Assembly (NCBI GenBank): GCA_036339735.1
Contig: JAYZAL010000060.1
Location: 1-18,661 of the forward strand
DNA from: Candidatus Poribacteria bacterium
GTDB taxonomy: Bacteria > Poribacteria > WGA-4E > UBA9662
DNA length: 18,661 nt
Reading direction: 5' to 3'
The notes under the pieces: generated by a model
Seen by the model: the letters and a program-made list of their open reading frames with translations, nothing else
What the model was told of the DNA's origin: nothing
The model's database searches: none
Position numbers and translations under genes: made by a program
Part shown: positions 8,744 through 16,755 of the stretch, in pieces
Numbering within the stretch: the first letter of the stretch is position 1
How the letters are laid out: every line of letters starts with the position of its first letter

Positions 8744-9631
8744 TTACATTTGGACCAATTCCAAAAAGTCAGTTTTGTCTAATTCATTGTATAAACCATG
8801 CAAATCTTTTTCTGGTAGCGGTAAATTTGGCAGACATGGCTTACCAAAATCAAATCCGATTTTGTGCATAACAGGCTTAATAGAACTTTCAAACCCATAC
8901 GATTGCATAATACGGGTAATTTTGTTGGCACGGTTTTGGAGTTGAATACCATAGTGGTAATTACCTTCTTCAGCACTTTTTCGAATTTCGCGATAGACTC
9001 CCGGCATAAAATTTAGCGTCGAGCCGACATTACCATGCGCACCGGACATCGCAGCAAAAAGGCACTGTTCATCCATGCCAGAAAAAATAGTCCAATTTTC
9101 TTCACGCAATTCGACTAGTTGACGAAATTCGAACATATCAGCTCCACTGTACTTAGCACCAGCAAGTGTAGGTATTTTCATTAACTTTTGCATTAAAGAT
9201 ACGGCGTTAACTGTGCCACCAAACATATAAGCTAGAAGTGGCATCTCTGGTACTGAGGAGCCAACCTGCTCGTAGTAGTGATAAAGGCTATCAACGTTCT
9301 TATAATAAGGTGTCACAACACTACTAATACCATCCGCCTTAATATAATCCGCGTGCTTGGCTAATGTAATTGCATCATCCACCGAGATAGACCCAACGTG
9401 GATGATAATAGGGATACGGCTGTTGACCTGATCGCTTACCGTTTCGGCAACTAGCTGGCGGGAGTCTAGCGACATAAAAATGCCTTCTCCAGTGGTTCCA
9501 CCAATATAAAGTCCATCCACCTGTTTATCAACCAAGTACTCCACGGTTTCCCGCAAAACTGGTACATTGATTTCACCGTGCTCAGTAATAGGTGTAGCTA
9601 GTGCTGGCCACGCGCCAGTAAATATTCTCAC
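8744..9631 (-). CDS. nanA: N-acetylneuraminate lyase-like DHDPS family aldolase
   Basis: 295 aa; GLYIGGTTGE, catalytic Tyr (LAYM), Lys (GAKYS), SGMDE and GSTLN match the NanA-type GxDE and GSTxN motifs; GTG start with AGGAG SD. Exact substrate uncertain. Confidence 0.7.
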   Translation of the reverse strand: MRIFTGAWPALATPITEHGEINVPVLRETVEYLVDKQVDGLYIGGTTGEGIFMSLDSRQLVAETVSDQVNSRIPIIIHVGSISVDDAITLAKHADYIKADGISSVVTPYYKNVDSLYHYYEQVGSSVPEMPLLAYMFGGTVNAVSLMQKLMKIPTLAGAKYSGADMFEFRQLVELREENWTIFSGMDEQCLFAAMSGAHGNVGSTLNFMPGVYREIRKSAEEGNYHYGIQLQNRANKITRIMQSYGFESSIKPVMHKIGFDFGKPCLPNLPLPEKDLHGLYNELDKTDFLELVQM

Positions 9632-10377
9632 ATTTTTCTCCTTTCTAGGTACCTATTGGTAAGTTTGATGGTGTTTATACACCAGATTGGCTGAACTACT
9701 ACGTTAATCAGAAGTCTATTACAACTTCTAAAACATCATTAGCCAATATGAAATAATAGGATTTAACCATGCAGAAATTACTTTACACACTTACCTTAGC
9801 TCGATACCAAAATAACGCTCAAATTTATTAAACAACTCTGGGTCTAATGACATGGAAGATTCCCTTCTTAAACCATTATCCAGTCATAATTCTTCTAGTC
9901 CAATTTTCGTCATTTACTAGTCATTTTTGACCCATACCAGATTGACTTTATTCATTCTAGCTAAGACACTTTCACAATATTTAGATATAAAGTCATAATT
10001 TTTTACGAAAGGATTCAGGGACACTGCCATCATCCAAATTTCGTGCCTGCAAAAATCGGCCCAGCATAGCATGACCAACCATAGAATGCAATTACTGGTT
10101 AATATTGATCTGAATAGAAAAATTTGTACTCAATATTCAGCTAGCTGTATTGTTTGATTTTATTTCCCAACTAATCTTGTAATACCATATCTTTATCAAC
10201 ATAAATTTATTTCTACCCTGCCTGCGACCTCAATTTGGTAGATGGATTTTTGCTAATTAGCTTGATATTTGTTGGAATACTCGAACGGTCCCTTTTTCGA
10301 TTTTGGCACATCGTGGGACTTATCTCTTCAGCCTAAATCCAAAATTTCGTATTGTATCTGAACACCCAAACCGATAA

Positions 10378-10499
10378 ATAACTAAGGAGGAAAACAGAAT
10401 TACTAGAACAAAAGGGAACGGAAATGATTGAAAATGAGAGTGAAGCAAAGAAATATTGGAAAAATATTTAGCTAAACATCATATAATTTACAACGATAC
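10378..10499 (+). pseudogene. Possible remnant of an Abi family (AbiD/AbiF, Abi_2) gene N-terminus
   Basis: Frame-broken peptides ITKEE / TELLEQKGTEMIENESEAKKYWKNI* / SYNLQRY resemble the remembered Abi_2 N-terminal pattern (TxEEQxxLLxxRGxxIxxExxAxxxLxNIxYYRLxxY). By-eye match only. Confidence 0.3.
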
Positions 10500-11015
10500 A
10501 GTATGAAACTTCCTACCAGAGTAACTTACCCACTTCATTTACTCTGGGTCCCTTTATTTTCAACATAATTCTAGGCTAAATTTTCGCCACACTCCCATAG
10601 ATATTCTTTATCTACCGATTCGGCGTTTAATTTTTCTCATTTCGTTTTAGGGACTTAATCATTTACAGCTACAAAATCTGTATGGTAAACAATAGAAGGT
10701 GGGTAGTCTTTCAGACTCCACTTACCGTTTTCAAAAGTGTTTCCTTCCCCTAAGGAAGTAATCCCCCAAAGACTGAGTGCCTAACCGAGCCAATATTTAC
10801 TAAAACAATATTGGGTATCCAGTCGTTATCATTACATCCGTGGGTGTTACTTCCTGAGACATCAGACCTTTCATCAATATCGAACTGAAATAACAGAAGA
10901 TATCAAATTTTGACTTCTGATAGATATTTTAGTTTAGTCGAATAACCTTCGATTGGTTTTCTGCCCTAGTGGATCAGGAATTTATTAATTAGGAAGTTTT
11001 ACTTTAATATTGAAT

Positions 11016-12059
11016 TCACCTAGTTGATTTTAATTCAACAAACTCATAGCCCGATTTTCCTAATAAAGATTTGTCTTCAACTGACTCAATCTTTATTTTT
11101 GTTATTCTAATAGCATGTTCCGATTGGTCTATGCCGATCCATTTTCTCTGGCTGAGATAAGCTGATTTTAGAGTAGTACCAGAACCACAGAAACAATCTA
11201 ATACGATACTGCCTTCATCAGACGAGGTACGAATAATTAAGTCTAGTAAATCAGAGTTTTTTTCTGTTGGGTAGGACGGATACTGAGGATCCTTATATTC
11301 CCAAATATCTTGAACTCTTTTACCCTCTTGCTGGTCAGCAAAAATAATTTTTCTCGGATTTCCCGTCCGGGACCATTCGATCAACCCCTCTTGATCCCAA
11401 CGTTCCAAGGTTTTCACATCAGTTCTCCAGTGCCTGCCCGATGGTGGTAACAGGCCTCTGAACGGCTGACTGGACTTGCCTTTTTTTGTTTCTCCAGGTG
11501 CGTGAATTGGTACAGTGGTATATCTTCGGCCTTCCGAGTTCATTTTCGGAAACAGTTTTTTCAGATCTTGGTCAGTGTAAGGTTCTTTTGGTTCATTCCA
11601 AATAGGCTTGTTTTTCGAATAAAACAAAATTAAATCTTTAATATTGCCATATCCGATGCGATTGAAATTTTTGGGATTACACTTAATCCGTGTAATGTCG
11701 TTTCTAAAATTCTCCATTCCAAAAATTTCATCCATTAGTAGTTTAACGTAATGCCCTATTTTATAATCAATATGAAGATAAATAGACCCTCGTTCTGACA
11801 TCAGTTCTCGCAAAACCAAAAGCCTTGGGCGAAGGAAATCTAAAAAATCATCACCGGTAATTTTATCGGAGTAAGCTAGATCTCCATCTCTTGGACTACT
11901 GACGGTAGAGGCTCGATTACCAGTTATGGTAAAATTTCCACCCGTTGCAAATGGTGGATCAATGTAAACCAAATCAATTTGTCCTTTCAACATTTTGTCT
12001 TCTAACAAATAATGTAGTGCAGCCAAATTCTCTGCTTTAATTAGCAAATTTTTTACCAT
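11016..12059 (-). CDS. Site-specific DNA adenine methyltransferase, beta class, M.Hpy99II/M.Tsp45I-like
   Basis: 347 aa; motif IV YIDPPF at the N-terminus, motif I LDCFCGSGTT at the C-terminus, YPTEK; central RIKCNPKNF.RIGYGNIKD and RRYTTVP.HAPGE recall GTSAC-specific MTases. Confidence 0.92.
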   Translation of the reverse strand: MVKNLLIKAENLAALHYLLEDKMLKGQIDLVYIDPPFATGGNFTITGNRASTVSSPRDGDLAYSDKITGDDFLDFLRPRLLVLRELMSERGSIYLHIDYKIGHYVKLLMDEIFGMENFRNDITRIKCNPKNFNRIGYGNIKDLILFYSKNKPIWNEPKEPYTDQDLKKLFPKMNSEGRRYTTVPIHAPGETKKGKSSQPFRGLLPPSGRHWRTDVKTLERWDQEGLIEWSRTGNPRKIIFADQQEGKRVQDIWEYKDPQYPSYPTEKNSDLLDLIIRTSSDEGSIVLDCFCGSGTTLKSAYLSQRKWIGIDQSEHAIRITKIKIESVEDKSLLGKSGYEFVELKSTR

Positions 12060-12084
12060 TTTAGTTGTGGTTCTTCATTTGATT

Positions 12085-12093
12085 ATTCTAACA
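12085..12093 (-). promoter_or_regulatory. Candidate extended -10 promoter for the MTase
   Basis: Minus strand TGtTAGAAT, ending 26 nt upstream of the MTase ATG. Confidence 0.35.
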
Positions 12094-12159
12094 AAAAAAC
12101 AATTTTTTACATTTCAGCTAATAGTCTTTTGTTCAATTTCGGTCAACGTTCTGCCCAAA

Positions 12160-13044
12160 ATGAATAGTGGTACCAACAAAATGGAAATGACAGGCCAATT
12201 TTGGATGTCGAGACTTCCCGATGATATCTCTCTAGCTAATTTGAATATTCCTGGCACCCATAATAGTGCGGCACGTTACGAGCTGTTTCCCAAAACAGCC
12301 ATATGCCAAAGTTTATCTCTGACAGCACAACTTCGGGCGGGTGTTCGCTTTTTCGACATCCGTTGTCGACACAAAAAAGACCTGTTTTTTATTTTTCATG
12401 GACCAATTAATCAGCACCTTTCTTTTGATCAGGTATTAGGTCATATGATTTCGTTTCTCACACAGAATAACCAAGAAACACTCATTATGAGTATTAAAGA
12501 AGAACATATACCGAAACAAACAACTCGTCCATTTATGGAAACTCTTCACTCATATATCAATCAAAATGAAACCTATTGGTATACAAAACAAAAAATTCCC
12601 AACTTAGGTATTGTTAGGGGAAAAATAGTACTGCTTAGGCGTTTTTTTTCATCTAACCCGATAGGAATACCCGCTACTGACTGGCAACATCACGGTTTTC
12701 ATCAAACAACCAACCTCTTTATACAAGACCAATTTGAAATCCCTAATGCATATGTAAAATGGGAAACGGTGGAAACTGCTCTAGAATATTCTATCCAAGA
12801 CAAATCTCTAGACCGCCTCCACTTACATTTTGCTAGCGGTTACATTAAAAATAGGTTAGGTATCCCCAATATCACCAAACTGAGCTCGCAAATCAATCAA
12901 AATCTAGCTCAGTACCTTAGTAGTGCCTCACAACACCGGTATGGGTGTCTCATTTTCGATTTCATCACTTCTGATCTAGCTAAGCAAGTCTACGAGCTCA
13001 ATTTTATAAATAATAAACAAATCATCAGGGGAAAAAGTAGATGA
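12160..13044 (+). CDS. Phosphatidylinositol-specific phospholipase C (PI-PLC X domain)
   Basis: WMS.LPD..SL..LNIPGTHNS, QL.AGVRFFDIR, FHG, ETLIMSIKEE, LG.VRGKIVLLRRF, IQD, DF. Start uncertain (GTG 12067, or ATG 12160, 12181 or 12187). Confidence 0.88.
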   Translation: MNSGTNKMEMTGQFWMSRLPDDISLANLNIPGTHNSAARYELFPKTAICQSLSLTAQLRAGVRFFDIRCRHKKDLFFIFHGPINQHLSFDQVLGHMISFLTQNNQETLIMSIKEEHIPKQTTRPFMETLHSYINQNETYWYTKQKIPNLGIVRGKIVLLRRFFSSNPIGIPATDWQHHGFHQTTNLFIQDQFEIPNAYVKWETVETALEYSIQDKSLDRLHLHFASGYIKNRLGIPNITKLSSQINQNLAQYLSSASQHRYGCLIFDFITSDLAKQVYELNFINNKQIIRGKSR

Positions 13045-13232
13045 TCCATTATTCTAAAAAAAGTCAAGCATATATAGACAATAGTGCTTCTTAGTATCAA
13101 AAACAGTAATTATTCACTATGAAGACTAATCAGGCTAGCCAATTTTTGTTCATACTTGTGACAGCATCGCTCAAATAAACGAATGATCTTTCCACAAATC
13201 TGCGGGCTGACATTTGCGCACCAATCGGAGGA

Positions 13233-14213
13233 TCAATTGAGGGCTTGTTGATAAAAACTAACAATTTTTTTTTCGTATTTATTTGGATAAGCGATTGGAG
13301 CCTCGAAATGTTCTACTTCATCCATGATCCAGGACGTTAAATTAGCGTTAGCTCGCTCAGCTTCTTGAACCATCATTTGTGTATGGTGTACTCCGACTCT
13401 TTTGTCAGATAGGCTATGAATAACCAACATGGGTCTTCCATTTGAGCGTGCCACTGCAGACAGGGGGGGCATGGAAAGAACATCATCTCCACTATGCCAT
13501 TTAGCAGTTAAAACCGCTCCTTGGGACAACCAAGTGGGAAATCCATTTCGACCTAATTCCTCTTCAATAATCATTTTCAAATTGGCATAGGGTGATTCCA
13601 TGATCACTGCGGGAATGCGTTGATCCATCATGAAGGCAACCGCTACATAACCACCTCCCATAGACGAACCATAGAGGCCTATTTTGTGAGCTGGTATTTT
13701 CTTATGTTGAATTAGCCAATCAAAAACGGCAATGATGTCCCGATACTCACGTACACCGAGTGAAATCATTCCATCTTCTTGAGTACTGAATCCGTGATCC
13801 CGATAATCGAACAAAACCAAATTGTATCCATTCTTGTTTAACATGCCAGCAACTAATAGCAGAGTACTATTGGCTTTACTGGAATGAATACCATGGCACA
13901 TAATTACAGCAGGAGCCCCAGGTTTTCCCAAAACCCACCAAGCAGCCAAATCGATGCCTTCATCTCCACCAGGAATGACCACATCTTGGTACTTAGGACA
14001 TACATATTCCGTCAAGTCAAATGATTTCCGCTCGCCCCAGTCAAGGTGAAAGTATGCTGGTGTATTATTGTTGTTATCCCCGTGCCCCTGGCTACCGGTG
14101 GCCAACTGCAAATAGATATAGTAACCAATGGACAAATAACCAATACAAGCTAATAGAGTTAGTCCACCTAGAATTACAGCCAATCTTGTGCGTCTACTGA
14201 GTCTTTCTTTCAA
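13233..14213 (-). CDS. Alpha/beta hydrolase with N-terminal membrane anchor
   Basis: 326 aa, TTG start with AAGGA SD; basic then hydrophobic N-terminus, CHG, FDYRDHGFS, nucleophile elbow GSSMGG, HS..D, VEH. Confidence 0.88.
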   Translation of the reverse strand: MKERLSRRTRLAVILGGLTLLACIGYLSIGYYIYLQLATGSQGHGDNNNNTPAYFHLDWGERKSFDLTEYVCPKYQDVVIPGGDEGIDLAAWWVLGKPGAPAVIMCHGIHSSKANSTLLLVAGMLNKNGYNLVLFDYRDHGFSTQEDGMISLGVREYRDIIAVFDWLIQHKKIPAHKIGLYGSSMGGGYVAVAFMMDQRIPAVIMESPYANLKMIIEEELGRNGFPTWLSQGAVLTAKWHSGDDVLSMPPLSAVARSNGRPMLVIHSLSDKRVGVHHTQMMVQEAERANANLTSWIMDEVEHFEAPIAYPNKYEKKIVSFYQQALN

Positions 14214-14336
14214 CAGTTATCCTTTCGAATAAATAATTTGAGTTATGAGTAATAATGAGGAAATTATTGTACCTAAGTGTACACTGTAATTAGATATAGT
14301 TGCACCGTAAATGGCTGTCATTTATATTTACCTGTT

Positions 14337-14345
14337 TGTTATACT
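14337..14345 (+). promoter_or_regulatory. Candidate extended -10 promoter for the PhyH-trmJ pair
   Basis: TGtTATACT about 43 nt upstream of the ATG at 14389, in the divergent intergenic region. Confidence 0.4.
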
Positions 14346-14388
14346 TGCCCACGCCCTTAGTAGGCTAACAATTGGTAGAGGATAATTT

Positions 14389-15126
14389 ATGCTAACATCC
14401 GCTCAAATCGCTCAATATCAAACCGAAGGTTTTTTGATTTTGCAGCAGTTCCTATCTACTAAAAAACTTGGGAAATACCTACCAATTCTAGAACATCTAG
14501 TAGTCGAAGGCCGTGCTCTGACTGAACCTCAGCCTCACTGGTCCTTAGAAGTTACAGAGGATCGCCAACCAGTTGCAGGTCAAGTACATAAAGTGCAGGG
14601 CGTATGTGTTGTGGAACCCCGTCTCTTAGACCTAGCTCGAGAAGAACCACTATTAGGATCAGTCACCTCATTATTAGGTCGTAATCTAGACGTTTTCGGT
14701 ACTAAGTTTTTTCCCAAACTGCCACCCAGTGGAACATCTGTAGGATGGCATCAAGACAATTACTACTTTGGTACCAACCAAGAGAGAATTGTTAGCTGTG
14801 CGATTTACATGCAAGATACTGATCGTACCAATGGCTGCTTACGGGTAATACCTAAAAGCCATCAATCTCAGAATATCCGCGAGCATCAACCTATGGCCAA
14901 TGGACAAAGTCAACACACTAAGGTTGATGAAACAAAATCCATCGATGTTGCGGTTCCAGCTGGTAGCGCTGTCATTTTTTCCCCTAATTTACTACATGGT
15001 ACTTATAAGAATTGTAGCCAACGAAGCCGTTATTCAGTCATCTGGCACTATATACCGAATGATTTTGGTCTCACACGTTTCCCCAAAAGTGGTGAAGGCG
15101 ACCGACACGCCATCAGCCGTTGCTAG
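14389..15126 (+). CDS. Phytanoyl-CoA dioxygenase (PhyH) family Fe(II)/2-oxoglutarate dioxygenase
   Basis: 245 aa; WHQD iron motif, NGCLRVIPKSH, LLHG...N.S.RSR; GAGGA SD. Confidence 0.92.
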   Translation: MLTSAQIAQYQTEGFLILQQFLSTKKLGKYLPILEHLVVEGRALTEPQPHWSLEVTEDRQPVAGQVHKVQGVCVVEPRLLDLAREEPLLGSVTSLLGRNLDVFGTKFFPKLPPSGTSVGWHQDNYYFGTNQERIVSCAIYMQDTDRTNGCLRVIPKSHQSQNIREHQPMANGQSQHTKVDETKSIDVAVPAGSAVIFSPNLLHGTYKNCSQRSRYSVIWHYIPNDFGLTRFPKSGEGDRHAISRC

Positions 15127-15140
15127 TGATTATTTTTCAA

Positions 15141-15956
15141 ATGAGTGATTCAACCAGTTATCATCGAGCTATTGAAGTAGACAATTTTTCCGGCTTGGAC
15201 AATATTCGTATTATTCTCTGTGAGCCACAAGGTCCACTGAATATCGGTTCAGTAGCTCGCGCTATCAAAGGTATGGGGATCAATGATCTTTGGCTAGTTA
15301 ACCCAATTGAATTCCTTAACCAGAAAGAAACTTGGTATATGGCACATGGGGCTCAAGATATTATCCAAAATTGCCGAGTGGTTGAAAATTTGAGTCAGGC
15401 ACTAGATGGTGTTCATTTTTTAGTTGGAACGACTCATAGGCGCAGACGGAGACGATTAGCTGAACCTGTACCAGCTAAACAAGCCGCAATCGAGATAGCA
15501 AGTATTTCTCCACAACAAAAGGTCGCGGTTTTATTTGGTCGAGAGGATAAGGGGTTGACTAATGAAGAACTCTGCCGCTGTCAACTCACGGCAAGTATTC
15601 CGATGGCAACTAAAAACCCATCTCTCAATCTCGCACAGGCTGTACAAATTATGGCTTATGAAATCTTTCTAGCTAGTAGCCGCCAAGTGGAGACTTCGGT
15701 CATGGAGTATGCAACTGTTGACGAAGTAGAAGCCTTCTACCAACGGATAAATAACTTAGTACAAAAAATTCAAATCAAGCCAATCAATAATAGTTGGCAG
15801 TCATTCATGTATACCATACGCAGAGTCTTTTCTCGCAAAGGGTTAGAAGAACGAGACATTGCAGCACTCGATATGATTTTCTCGACCGCTAGTCGATATA
15901 TTAATCGATTAGAAACCCAACTTGATTCAACTAAAAGTGATAATTCACCGAAGTAA
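15141..15956 (+). CDS. trmJ: tRNA (cytidine/uridine-2'-O)-methyltransferase, TrmJ-like SPOUT enzyme
   Basis: IRIIL.EP....NIGSVARA, VLFGRED.GLTNEEL, SLNLAQAVQIMAYE and a TrmJ-type C-terminal helical extension. ATG 15141 preferred over TTG 15120. Confidence 0.85.
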   Translation: MSDSTSYHRAIEVDNFSGLDNIRIILCEPQGPLNIGSVARAIKGMGINDLWLVNPIEFLNQKETWYMAHGAQDIIQNCRVVENLSQALDGVHFLVGTTHRRRRRRLAEPVPAKQAAIEIASISPQQKVAVLFGREDKGLTNEELCRCQLTASIPMATKNPSLNLAQAVQIMAYEIFLASSRQVETSVMEYATVDEVEAFYQRINNLVQKIQIKPINNSWQSFMYTIRRVFSRKGLEERDIAALDMIFSTASRYINRLETQLDSTKSDNSPK

Positions 15957-15968
15957 AAGCTATTTCGG
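15948..15968 (+). terminator. Possible terminator hairpin overlapping the trmJ stop
   Basis: CCGAAGTA-aaagc-TATTTCGG stem (one G-U pair) followed by AT-rich sequence; no clean U-tract. Confidence 0.25.
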
Positions 15969-16681
15969 GTAATAATTTTCCGTCTCTCTTCGTCTTTGAA
16001 AAACAGGTAAGTGCCGACAATAAATGAATAAATTTTTGTTTGAGCAAATAGGTCCAAAGACAGAGTTAGCTCAATCGTTACCTGGCTACTTTTGGGAATC
16101 AATAGGATTCATAGTTTAGTAACGGCGATACTAGCTTCGAAAATATGATTGCTATTTGCACATCACCAGTGCAGGTAATAGAGCTTTCGTTGGTTGAAGT
16201 AGTCTGAGATGTAATGCAGACCTATTAGTCCATAAATTTGGTGGCGAAAATTATAATCCGAATTTAGGATAGAGAGAACTACAGATAGCCATTCAGGTGC
16301 CCTCGAATTTGTGACGGTCAGTTCACCTCAAAAACCAAACCTACCAGTATAGCCAACAAAACCACAGCCGACCGTATTTGGGAGACCAAAGTGGCCGAAA
16401 AGAACTGAGGAACCATAGTTTCCTCAATTACTACTCAATTGGGTAGAAAATTGAGATCCTCATCATCGCAGGTTGTAACTATTTCAGACTGAGTAAATTC
16501 GTCAAGTTCTATATGAATCCTGTCCCCAAGCGATCTACTGTCGTACCAATCATCATAGTCCAAAGATCAGTTTGGAATGTCAAAAAAAGCTCTTAGCAAC
16601 GATTGTTGGAAATCATAACTATTACTTTCAATTAGTCTCCAATTCAGGTGAAACCATCGATTTCGAAAATTGATATTTGTG
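15957..16681 (-). pseudogene. Probable decayed coding sequence(s) of unknown family
   Basis: Two long minus-strand frames interrupted only by TGA; includes a GAGGA-preceded ATG at 16416 opening a hydrophobic 32-aa peptide. Confidence 0.3.
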
Positions 16682-16753
16682 ACCGGACTTAGGACACCCA
16701 ACGCAACCATTCACGGCGAAGATGAGGTGGACCATATCTAGTTCCAACAAGAT
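16682..16753 (-). pseudogene. Diverged partial copy of zur
   Basis: Ungapped hand alignment to 16921-16992: 51/72 nt and 12/24 aa identical (ILLELDMVHLIFAVNGCVGCPKSG vs FLLELGVVHRISSMNAYVGCTEPG). Confidence 0.8.
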
Positions 16754-16755
16754 TC

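Noticed and set aside
9769..9831. SD-preceded 20-aa ORF MQKLLYTLTLARYQNNAQIY; QNNAQ loosely like the Tsp45I-family HQNAQF
   Set aside because: Too short, and no other endonuclease motifs nearby.
9993..10082. Minus-strand peptide MVGHAMLGRFLQARNLDDGSVPESFRKKL sharing PESF with the FGE protein
   Set aside because: Similarity is limited to a few residues; no SD and no family can be assigned.
10383..10390. Perfect SD TAAGGAGG
   Set aside because: No start codon at a usable distance; better explained as Lys/Glu codons of a remnant.
10657..10878. Minus-strand fragments WIPNIVLVNIG (SGNH-like) and ITSLGEGNT (threonine-synthase-like)
   Set aside because: Isolated short matches in different frames pointing to unrelated families; consistent with chance.
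12642..13273. T8 (12642-12649) and T9 (13265-13273) homopolymers as phase-variation tracts
   Set aside because: Both genes are in frame, and such runs are expected in AT-rich DNA.
16318..16416. 32-aa hydrophobic ORF as the start of a znuA gene
   Set aside because: No ZnuA motifs in the downstream frames; kept only as part of the decayed region.
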